From NCBI RefSeq assembly GCF_030144855.1, contig NW_026781221.1:310001-374000 (forward strand): a stretch of DNA of 64,000 nt. The letters are read 5' to 3'. Positions 37,921-49,700 of this stretch are shown piece after piece (position 1 is the first letter of the stretch; each line of letters begins with the position of its first letter). Made by a program: the position numbers and the translations under genes. This DNA comes from Hypanus sabinus. Its lineage: Eukaryota. A model generated the notes under the pieces. It saw only the letters and a program-made list of their open reading frames with translations, was not told the origin of the DNA and searched no databases.

Positions 37921-40900
37921 GATTTGAAAGTCAGGTCCCAACAATATGTTAAAGCTCGTCACATTCGATTTTGGTCATTGTCAGGCCATCCATGTTATTT
38001 GTTTTAATCATGTTGGCTAACTTAGTTGGTAAGTATTGGAGCAGTAGGGAGTTAAACTGGGGGGACAGATTCCCGCCGTTAAAGGCTTGGTCAGATGTTG
38101 TTCAGTCCTCAGATGGAATCAGCAATCAAATGGCTGAGCATGGTGCGATGAATGTGCTGAGCTGTGTATATCATAAAGCAAGAAGCATCGTAGGAAAGCC
38201 AGATGAGCTGAGGACAGGGCATTATGATATTGTAGCCATGACTGGGACTTTGTTGCACCCAATAGTCTGAGGGATTTAGAGGAACAAGTTTTTAGAGAGA
38301 TTGCAGACCATGCCAAGAAACAAAGGTTGATGCAGTAAGTGATTTTAACTTTCCATATATTGACTAGGACCCCCATAATGTAAAAGGACTAGATGGGGTA
38401 AAGTTTGTCAAATGTGCCCTTAATCAGTGCGTAGGATTCCCAATGTAGAAGTGTGCAATAAGCTGTTAGGAAATGATCCAGGGCTGATGACAGAAATTAG
38501 TGATCGTAATGCCATGAGATTCAAAAGTAAATATGGAAAAAGAGAGGTCTGGACCATGGATTGATATTCTAAATTGGAGAAAGGTCAATTTTGATGGCAT
38601 CAGAAAGGATCTGATAAGTGTGGTTTGTGACTGGCTGTTTTCTGGCAAAGGAGTACTTGGTAAGTGTGAGGCCTTCAGAAGTGAAATTTTGAGTGTGTTG
38701 AGTTTGTATGTGTCTGTCAAAATAAACGTTGAAAGGTAACTGATGCAGGGAACCTTGGTTTTCAAGAGATATTGAGGCCCCGGATATTTTATTCTTCTGA
38801 ATGCCTCAGACTGTTGGGTGCTATCAAGACTCATTAATGACTACAAATCATAAATCCATGCGAGCTCATCTGACTTTTTTTTTAGTCATCTTCTGTTGGT
38901 TTCTAAAAGCTTCCCAATAGTTTTTGCTCTTGGTTGTTTGCTCTCTCTTTGGTTTTTCTGTTGCTTTGGCTTCTCATTTTAACCATGGTTGTGTTCTCCT
39001 GCCTTTCCTATGCTTCCACTTCATTGGGCTGCATCGATCACTCAGCTGCCGAATTGCTCCCAGAAACTCCAGCCATTGCTGCTCTGTTGTCACTGCTACC
39101 TTTCCCCTTACAAGTTTGGCCAGCTTCTCTGTCATAGAAACATGGAGAAGTTCAGTAGAGAAACAGGCTATTTGGCCCACCTAGTCAATGCCGAGAACAC
39201 ATTTAAGCTGTCTAATTCAACTACCTGCACTGGGACAATCACCCTTCATGTCCCTACCATCCAAGTACCTATCAAACTTCTCTTATTGTTGAAACCGGGC
39301 TTATATTCACCACTTTTGCTGGCGTCTCATTCCACACTCTCACAACAATTTCATTAGAGAGCTTTCCCAAATGGTACCGTTAAATTTTCACCTTCCCCAC
39401 TTACCCATGACCTCTGGTTGTCATCCTACCCAACCTCAGCGGAAAAAGCTGTTTGCATTTACCCTATCTATGCCCTCATAATTCTAACAGATCCTCAAAG
39501 CAAACTTACTTTCTAATGCTCAGAGCCTTTTTTAGGTTTATAAAGTGATGAAGGGCATTGATCGTGTGGATAGTCAGAGGTTTTTCCCCCAGGGTTGAAA
39601 TGGCTAACACGAGAGGGCATAGTTTTAAGGTGCTTGGAAATAGCTACCGAGGGGATGGCAAGGGTAAGTTTTTTACCTAGAAAATAGTGGGTGCGTGTAA
39701 TCCACTGCCAGCAGCGGTGGTTGAGGCAGATACAATAGGGTGTTTTAACAGCCTCTTAGATAGGCACATGGAGCTTGGAGAAATAGAGGGCTATTTGCTA
39801 GGGAAATTCTAGGCAGTTTCTAGAGTAAGTTACGTGGTTGGCACAATGTTGTAGGCTGAATGGCCTGGAATATGATGTAGATTTCTATGCTCAATGTTCT
39901 ATGCTGAACAGTGAAATAACATCTCTTCTTTAATCTGTACAGTGTCCATGATTTAATGTGGCTTTTTCACACTCCAATAGAACCTTTGTCTATCTCCTGA
40001 GTAAATAGAGATGAAAACATATTTAAGATCTGCCCCATCTGCTTTGGTTCCATACGTGGATTGCCATTCTGGTCTTACAGAGAACCAACTTTGTGCCTTA
40101 CAATCCTTTTGCTCTTAATCTACCCCTGGAATCCTTGATGATTAATCTTTTCTGTAATGGCAACCTCATGCCTTCTTTTAGCCATCCTGATTTATCTCTA
40201 ATGTGTTCTCTTGTATTTTTTACACTTCAAAAGAACCTGCCTGCCTATCCCTGTTATGCAACTCCATTTTGTGCTTCACCAGTGTCTCAATATCTCTTGA
40301 AATCCAAGGTTCCCTGCAGTTTCTATCTTTACCTTTTATTCTGACAAGCTCATACCCGCTTTGTACTTTCAAAATTTCGCTTTGAAGGCCTCCCACTTAC
40401 CAAGCACACCTTTGCCATAAAGTAGCCTGTCCCAGTCCACAGTTGCCAGATCCTAGTGTCTTAATTCCAGGTGTTGATCCATGCCCTGAACACATCCACC
40501 TTTCCTATCATGCTCCTTGCATTGAGATATACAGGGCTCAGCATATTCACTGCATCATGCTCAACGTTTTTCATTCCTGACTTTGTCTGAGGACAGAACA
40601 ACATCTGTCTCCACAAACCCCTCCACTATCTGTTCTGTTATTCAGGCATCCATTCCTCCTCCAACTTTAGTTTAACCCCCCTTACCCCCACACCCTACCC
40701 TGCAGCTTTATCACCCGTTTGGTTTTCATCTCCCAGATCAATAAAAAGGAGGTGCATACAGGCAGATAGGAACAAATGAGATACTTCTGAGATACAGGAA
40801 ATTCAAGTGAACACTTATGAAAGAAGGCATGAGTTTGCCCCAGCAGACAAGGTGAAGGAGAATCCTCATGGATTCTGCAGATATGTTAAGTGCAAAAAGA

Positions 40901-40999
40901 TTGCAAGGGAAGAAATTAATCCTTTGCAAGATCAGAATGGTAATCCATATGAGGAGACAAAATAGCTGGGGGAGATTTTTTCTGCATTCGTATTTACTC

Positions 41000-42440
41000 A
41001 GGAGGTGGACACAGAGTCTATAGAAGTGAGGCAATGCAAATTGTTCCCTCAGACCGTTTGGAAGACAAGTGCAGAAGTTGTCACGGCCCTAGCACAGATA
41101 TTTAAATCATCCTTAGTGACTGGTGAGGAACTGGAGGATCGGAGGACAGCCAATGTTGTTCTGCTGTTCAAGAAAGGCTCTAAAAATAAACGAGGAAATT
41201 GTACATCAGTGAGCTTGACATCAGTAGGGGGAAAGTTATTCTAACGTATGTGCAGGAACCGGATATATAAGTATTTGGATAGATGTGGACTGATTAAGGA
41301 TGGATAGCATAGCTTTGTGCATGGTAGGTCATGTCTAACCAATCTTATAGAGTCTCTCGAGCAAGTTGTCAGGAAAGTGGATGAAGGCAAGGCAGTGGAT
41401 GTTGTCTACATGGACTTCGGCAAGGCACTTGACAAAGTCTCATATGGGAGGTTGGTCAAGAAGGTTCAGTTACTCAGCATTCAAGATGAGACAGTAAATT
41501 GGATGAGACACCGGCTATGGGAGAAGCCAGAGTGTGGTAGCAGATGGTTACCTCTCTGACCGGAACCCTTTGACCAGTGGTGTGTCATAGGGATCAGTGC
41601 TGGATTTGTTGTTTTTAGTCATCTAAATCAGTAATCTGGATGATAGTGTGGTTAATTGCATCAGTAAATTTGTGGATGACACCAAGATTGGGGTGTAGTG
41701 GACAGTGAGGAAGACTATCATGGCTTACAGCGCGATCTTGACCAGCTGGAAAAATGGTTTGAGAAATGGAAAATGAAATTTAATGCAGACAAGAGTGAGG
41801 TGTTGTGTTTGGTAGGACCTACCAGGTCACAGTGACTGGTTGGGCACTGAGGAGCGTTGTAGAAGAAAGGGACCTGGGAATACAAGTCCGTAATTCACTG
41901 AAAGTGGTGTCACAGTTTGACAGAGATGGAAAGAAAGATTTCAGCCCATTGGCCTTCATGAACCAAAGCACTGACAGCAGTAGGTAGATGAAATTTGTAA
42001 AAGAGGTTCTGAGAGTTCAGAGAAAATTCACAAGGATTTTGCCAGGTCTGGAGGACTTGGGTTATGAGGAAAAGTTCAACAGGTTAGGACCTTATTCCTT
42101 GGAATGTAGAAGATTGAGGGGAGATTTGATTGTGATAGAGGGGCATAGACTAAATGCAAGCTGGCTTTTACCACGGAGATGGTGTGGAACTACAACCAGA
42201 GGCCATGGGTTAAGGGTGAAAGGGGAAATGTTAAGGGGAACATGAGGGGAAACTTCTTCACACAGATGGTCATCTGGGTGCGGAATGAGCAGCCAACACA
42301 AATGGTGAATGCGAGCTGGATTTCAACATTTAAGGAGTTTTGTGTAGGTACCTGAATGGTAAGGGTGTGGGACTGGGGAGTTTATATAGTTTAGCACAAG
42401 CTAGGTAGCCCAAAGGGCCTGTTTCTGTGTTGGTACTTTT
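41000..42440 (+). mobile_element. CR1 LINE (decayed RT and 3' end), arm B
   Basis: HGRSCLTNLIE..VDVVYMDFGKALDKV and RRLRGDLI motifs. Confidence 0.85.
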
Positions 42441-43326
42441 CTGCAAGAGCCTGAAATAACCGAAAAATTCACTGTAAGTTCATTGAACAGATGTGCGGAC
42501 CAACCATTCATGTCAGCAGGAAATTTTTATAAGGCATTAAAACTGTGGCATTTTAAGTTAATAATACATTTAAGAAAATCCCAGCTGCATGTCAAGAAAG
42601 ACTATTTGTGTGAGAATTTTTCAGTTACTGTGTGGCCAGGTACCCATGCAGCTCAGCAGGAACAGGGAATAATACCAATGGAGAGAGCCAAACTGAGCCA
42701 AGGCACAAATTGGAGACCGCAGAAATGCCCCATTCCTATAGAAACAAGAAGAGCATCAGGGAATTGATGGTCATTCCAGATACCAGTTAGATACCAGATA
42801 CCAGTTAACTGTGCCCAGTTAGAAGATGATTTCTCTGTCCAACTTGGGTGGGACCTCACTGTTACAGTATGATGCTGGATCAAACCTTGGCAACTCAAGT
42901 AATCTCATCTGAATCCTTTGATGGATTTTGTGAATCTTTTTACAGGTTAAAAATGAGAAGGAGTTTGTCTCCCGGAAGCTCAAACATGGCACACCAGTTT
43001 TGCTGTCTCTGTCTAGATATTTAAGAAGTGAAGCAAGGGATTGAATTGACCATCCTTCCTGATCAGACTACGGGGCAGGATTCACTCAGTCATTTGACCA
43101 ACTGGCATGCCCATCATTTTACACTGTCTTCTGCTCAGACAGTGGGAATGGATTCAGTCAGTCATCTCAACTGAAGGTACATCAGTAAGTTCACACTGTG
43201 CAAGGTCATTCACCTTTTCTTTGTGTAAGAAAGCATTTAGTCTGTCATCCCACCTGTGGACACACCAGTCAGAAGCTGGTCACCTGTTGAATTTCTGGGA
43301 AAGGATTCACTCGGTCATCTGACCTG

Positions 43327-44448
43327 ATGGCACACCAGCGAGTTCAGACCGGGGAGCGGCCATTCACTTGCTCGGACTGTGGGATGAGTTTCACTCGGTC
43401 ATCCACCCTACAGAGACACCAGCGAGTTCACACTGGGGAGAAGCCATTCACCTGCTCAGAATGTGGGAAGGGATTCATCAAATCTTCCACCCTACAGAGG
43501 CACCAGCGAGTTCACACTGGGGAGAAGTTGTTCACCTGCTCAGTCTATGAGAAGGGATTCATCAATTCTTCCACCCTGCAGAGGCACCAGTGTGTTCACA
43601 CTGGAGAGAAGCCATTCACCTGCTCCATCTGTGGGAAGGGATTCAATTGGTCATCTGACCTACAGAGACACCAGAAAGTTCACACTGGGGAGAAGCCTTT
43701 CACCTGCTCAGTCTGTGGGAAGGGATTCAGTCAGTCATTTCACCTGCGGAGTCATCAGCGAGTTCACACTGGGGAGAAGCCATTTTCCTGCTCAGAATGT
43801 GGGAAGAGATTCACTCGGTCATCTGACCTAATGGCTCACCAGCGAGTTCACACCGGGGAGCGGCCGTTTACCTGCTCGGACTGTGGGAAGGGATTCACTC
43901 GGTCATCTGACCTAATGGCTCACCAGCGAGTTCACACCGGGGAGCGGCCGTTTACCTGCTCGGACTGTGGGAAGGGATTCACTCGGTCATCTGGCCTAAT
44001 GGCTCACCAGCGAGTTCATACTGGGGAGCGGCCGTTTACCTGCTCAGACTGTGGGAAGGGATTCACTTTGTCATGGAAACTAGTGATACACCAGCGAGTT
44101 CACACTGGGGAGAAGCCGTTCACCTGCTCAGTCTGTGGGAAGGGATTCAATCAGTCATTTCACCTGCAGAGTCATCAGCGAGTTCACACTGGGGAGAAGC
44201 CATTCTCCTGCTCAGAATGTGGGAAGAAGTTCACTTCGTCATCTAACCTGCAGAGTCATCAGCATGTTCACACTGGTGAGAAACCGTTCACCTGCTCAGA
44301 CTGTGGGAAGCGATTCACTTTCTCATCTAAGCTGAAGGTACATCAGGTGGTTCACACTGGGGAGTGGCCATTCACCTGCTCAGTCTGTGGGAAGGGATTC
44401 ACTCAGTCCTCCACCCTACAGAAACACCAGTCGGTTCACACATTCTGA
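43327..44448 (+). CDS. Tandem C2H2 zinc-finger protein, 373 aa, 13 finger units (third has C->Y)
   Basis: 28-aa repeats with TGEKPF linkers. Candidate acceptor tttttacag| at 42945. Confidence 0.92.
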   Translation: MAHQRVQTGERPFTCSDCGMSFTRSSTLQRHQRVHTGEKPFTCSECGKGFIKSSTLQRHQRVHTGEKLFTCSVYEKGFINSSTLQRHQCVHTGEKPFTCSICGKGFNWSSDLQRHQKVHTGEKPFTCSVCGKGFSQSFHLRSHQRVHTGEKPFSCSECGKRFTRSSDLMAHQRVHTGERPFTCSDCGKGFTRSSDLMAHQRVHTGERPFTCSDCGKGFTRSSGLMAHQRVHTGERPFTCSDCGKGFTLSWKLVIHQRVHTGEKPFTCSVCGKGFNQSFHLQSHQRVHTGEKPFSCSECGKKFTSSSNLQSHQHVHTGEKPFTCSDCGKRFTFSSKLKVHQVVHTGEWPFTCSVCGKGFTQSSTLQKHQSVHTF

Positions 44449-46700
44449 GCTATTCACCTGCTCAGAATGTGGGAAAGGATTCATTCAGTCATCCCAACTA
44501 CTGACACACCAGTCAGTTCACAATGTTATTAATCCCTTGCTTTTGTTTGCTGTGGACATTCATTTTAAGAGAGAGAGGGATTAAGAAGGCAAATCAGTCT
44601 GGGTTGCAGCTTGTTTACATCGCTCACAGCTTGTTTTGATTTAACTGAGGACTCAGACACTCAGAGTCAGACGGAGATGAAGGAGGAAAAGTGGAAGGAT
44701 CGAAACAAGGGAACTAGTGGCCAAGGGTCACTGTTTAGAGCTTTCCTATGCCCACAAGGGTGGGTTAAGTATCGATTCACCAAACATTGAATGTGTGGTT
44801 GTCACCTTGTTTGATCCATAGGTGTGGATCGGATTTGGCGTATCCTGTGAAGACCACTTATGTGTTAACGCTTGGTGGGGTGTGGTGTGATAAATCACAT
44901 GAAGATGATACCCCTTATGACAAGTCAATTTCGGTGATAATTCATATGTGGATTTGAAATGACAACGGATAAAATCTGCAGTGACTGTTCTCTCGTTTTA
45001 CCACAATGAAACCTTTGGAATTTGACGTAATTGCTTTCTCTCGACATTTACCCTGGATTACAAATATCTTTCTCTCATCACCTATTCTGTGGATGAACTT
45101 AACTTCCATATTTACCATCTCAAGACTCTAAGCCTTGTTTCCCCTGAGCTCAATAGTTTGGGAGTTATATTTACACACATATATACACATAACACTGTTA
45201 ACTTTTGTTTATCTTACTTAATTTACTTTATTATAAGTAGATACTAATAAAGATAATGGATTTAACATCAGTACCAGATGCCAGGAATAATCTATTGCTG
45301 CTGGTTCATTTCTAAAGCTTTTGTTTCTAAGTTTTTGTTCGTAACAAAATTGGGGCCTGCGTCTGAGATATGAACAAATTTGAGGGCGTGTTGATTAATT
45401 AATTATTGATTTCATTGGGGAAATCCCTTTTGATTTATTTGTGTGTGCAAAATCAGCAACAATGGATGTTGATAAATGTCTGGAAGCACCAACTTCTGAG
45501 GCATTAGAGGACACCAGAAGGATCGTGTTGTTGTGTATTGTGAAATGGTTTAAACTTGCTAAGGTGAAATTGACAAAGAGGAAGGCACAGATGCAGAGGA
45601 TTATAGCTGAACATTATGTATCTGAGGTGTGTTTAAAGTGGAGCAGTTGGAGGTGTTTCCTGAAAGTAAACCGAGTGAGCTTGAGCTCCAGTACAAGTTA
45701 GAAAAATTAAAGATGGAGGCTGCGGAAAGGCAGAGGCAGTTTGAGGGTAGAGAGGCTGAAAAACAGAGGGTGTTCAAGCTGGAAAAGATAGAGAGATTGC
45801 AGCAAAGGTGTCTCGCGTTAGACTCTGGTGATAAGTTTGAGGATGGTCTGGAAGTTAAATTGGTACCTCCACTTGACAAGGCAGAGGTTGATGAATACTT
45901 TCAGCATTTTGAGAAGGTTGCTCAGAGTTTAAAGTGGCCAGAAAAGGGTTGGCCTATTCTCTTACAATGTGTAATTAAGGGGAAGGCTCAGCAAGCATAT
46001 TCTGCCTTGACAGTGGATGAAGCAGCTGATCATGAATGAGTGAAACAGGCTGTGCTCAAAGCTTACGAGTTGGCCCCAGAATCATACAGGCAAAAGTTTA
46101 GAAATTCAAGGAAATCTGTGAACCAGACTTATATGGAATTTGCTTGTGAGAAGTTTGTGTTTTGACCGCTGGTGCAAATATAAAAATATAAATGATGATT
46201 TTATCAGCTTGAAAGAGTTGGTTGTAATTGAAGAATTCAAAAGGTGCATCCCTGATGACAGGAAGGTGTATTTAGATGAAAAGGATGCTGCTACATTGCA
46301 GGAGTCTGCTAGATTCGCAGATGAGTTCGCTTTAACTCATCAGGTTAAGTTGACCCAGAATAAGAGATTCCAAAAGAGTAGCAGGGATCACCAGGGTAAA
46401 CCAGAAATTAAAGCTGGGACTAGTGATAAGAGTATGGATAAAGGGAAGCAGTTGAAGGAGAAATATTCTGGTCTTACTTGTTACTATTGTAAGAAGCTGC
46501 TCATATGATAGCTAACTGTTCTATCCTGAAGAAGAAAAAGAAAAAGGAGGCAGTCCCAAATGCCTGTGTTTAGTATGTTGATGCACCTCTCAACCCACAG
46601 GGTTCTGAACATTCTGTTGAGGCTCGGTTATGGACTGAGAAGTCTGACTGAGTTGAGAAGGGATTTGATCATTTTATGTCAGATGGGATTGTATTAGTAT

Positions 46701-49700
46701 TGTTACGTATTCAGGCAACAATAAATATATGAGTTCAGCAAGGGTTTTTTTTTAAACAAACAACACGTTTATTAAACACAGAAAACAAACAACCCAAAAG
46801 TAAACATACACTATAGTAACCGGAAATCAACTGCAGTGCGGCAGCTCAAACAGTTCTTAAAGCCATATTGCAAAAACAGTTCTTTAATGTGGTATTGCCA
46901 AAAGTTCGATATGCTCACAGTCCATTGAAAAGGAGAGACTTTATAAGACGATTTAAATTCTCTTTCACGTCGCTTTGCTTCGATCCCCGACGTCGAACTT
47001 TTCCCACGAAGAATCTACGAAACAGAATGGCTTAAAGGCACTGACCTTTCCTTCCACACTATCCTCAATCCTTTCTGGTAATCCCAGGGATTAACACGAG
47101 AATAGTCAACAAAATCCTTCCAAATAAGGATCAAACAAAGGCCGAACCGGTTTCACCGTAGAAAGCGATTCTCCTCCATCTTTAACTCCCGAACTTCGAT
47201 CTTCACTCACCACTGATTCTCAAACCAGCAGAATTGTAAAGAACCTGCTGGCAATGACCTTTTAAACTTTAGGCATTAGATAAAACTTCATTATTCAACT
47301 AAACTGCGTCATCACATTAAATCACGCAGCAGCATGAAGTCAACTTGGCAAATCCAGCCACGAACTGCCCCTCCTCACAGGGTGGGGTCTTCCTTTTATA
47401 ACCTGAAAAAAAACCTGTCACATGATCTCTACTGGCAGGAAAATGACGTCACTCCACCATCACAAGACCATTACCTCAAGTCCAGTATAGCTTCAACCCC
47501 AGTCACGTGACAAGGGTACCACTGTCATGTGTCACGAGTACGTAACACCTCCCTCCAAAAAAAATACATTTTTGGTCTGACAAGAGCAATAATGTTTAAC
47601 AATTGCTTACAAGAAAAACAAAGGTATAAATTTTATAACATACACAATATACAATACCATCATATAACAGCTTATAACTCACAATACAGTAGGAGTGTTA
47701 CAATTGAAAAAAAAACACGCCATAAAAAAATTGCATTGTACATTCAACATCGAGATAGACAATCAGCAACCACATTATCTTTACCTTTAATATGAGTTAT
47801 CACAATATTGTACTCTTGTAACATCAAACTCCAATTTAATAATCTTCTGTTTTTTTATTCATCTTACTCAGAAAAACTGATTATGATCAGTGTAAACAAT
47901 AAGTGGTTTTTGAGTTGTACCAACATATACCTCAAAATATTCCAAAGCTAAAACAGGAGATAACAATTCTTTCTCTATTGTTGAATAGTTTCTTTGATGC
48001 TTATTAAATTTCTTAGAAAAGTAAGCTACTGGATGATCAGCCTCATCATCCTCATTCCTTTGCATTAATACTGCTCCTGCAGCCTCATCACTGGCATCCA
48101 CAGCCAATGAAAAAGGTTTTTCAAAGTCAGGTGCCTTAAGCACAGGTTGTTGACATATCATTGTTTTGAATTTTTCAAATGCTTCTTGACAAGGCACTGT
48201 CCACACAAACTTCACATTCTTCTGCAGAAGGTTAGTTAATGGAAGGGCAACATTAGCAAAATTCTTACAAAATTTCCGATAATATCCTACCATTTCCAAA
48301 AATCTTCTGAGAGTTTTTTTTTCCCCGTTGGAGTCGGAATCTCTAAAATTGCCTGAACTTTTGCCTGAACAGGAGCTACCTTACCTTGACACACAACATA
48401 ACCAAGGTAAGTCACAGTGGCATGTCCAAATTCACTCTTAGCTAAATGAATAGTTAAGTTAGCTTTTGAAAGCCTTTCAAACAATTTCTCCATCGCAATA
48501 ATGTGTGCTTCCCAATTATCATTTCCTGTCACTAAATCATCAATATAAGCATCAGTATCTTCCAATCCCTGAATCACAGTGTTAATCATCCTCTGGAAAG
48601 TACCTGGGGCATTCTTCATCCCAAATGGAAGAACATTTTACTCCTATAACCCAGATGGAGTTACAAATGCAGAAATCTCTCTACCTCTGTCTGTTAATGG
48701 AACACACCAATACCCTTTCAATAAATCAATCTTTGTAAGGAACTTTGCTTTTCCAACTTTATCTACACAATCATCTACCCTAGGAATTGGATATGCATCT
48801 GTTTTCCTTACAGCATTCACCTTTCTATAATATGTACAAAACCTAATACTACCATTTGGTTTTGGCACCATAACACATGGCGAACTCCAATTCAAGTTAA
48901 AATGTCTAATGATATTATTCTCTAACATATATTCAATTTCTTTCTCAGCAATTTCATATTTTTCTATGTTCATCCTATATGGATGTTGTTTAATAGGTTT
49001 GGCATCTCCAACATCTACATCATGTGAAGCTATAGTAGCCCTTCTCGGAACATCTGGAAACAACTCCTTATATTTAAAAATTAAGTCCTTCATCTGTTGT
49101 TTCTGTTCTAGCTGTAAATGTGCTAATTTCCCATCAATATTTTCCAGAATGGTTGAATTTGGTAACCTAACAGAAAGAATGTTGGATTTAGAAAGAAAGT
49201 CAGATGAATCATCTATACCATGTTCCTAGTTGAATCAAACTCATTCTCACTAACCACAACAGTCATAGTATCAGATTGTTTCTTAAAATATGGTTTTATC
49301 ATATTTATATGGCAAAGTTGTGTTGACCTTCTACGATCTGGAGTTTTTATTACGTAATCCACATCATTGATTTTAGACACAATTTCATAAGGACCATGAA
49401 ATCTAGCTTGTAAAGGATTTGTCTGCACTGGGAAAAGAACCAACACCTTATCTCCTGGCTTAAACATCCTCATCCTAGGTTATTTATTATACCAAGTCTT
49501 CATTTTCTCCTGAGCCAACTTTAAATTTTCCTTAGCTAAGCTACAAGCTTTATGTAACCTGTCCTTAAATTTCAAAACATAGTCCAACAAATTAGTGTGT
49601 ACTTCCTTACTAATCCACTGTTCTTTCAATAAAGCTAAAGGTCCTCTAACTCTATGCCCAAACACAAGTTCAAATGGACTAAAACCTAAAGATTCTTGTA

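Noticed and set aside
13994-42945. KRAB, SCAN or other effector exon for the ZNF genes
   Set aside because: No such coding exon was recognisable. The candidate upstream exons look non-coding, though a short diverged exon cannot be excluded by eye.
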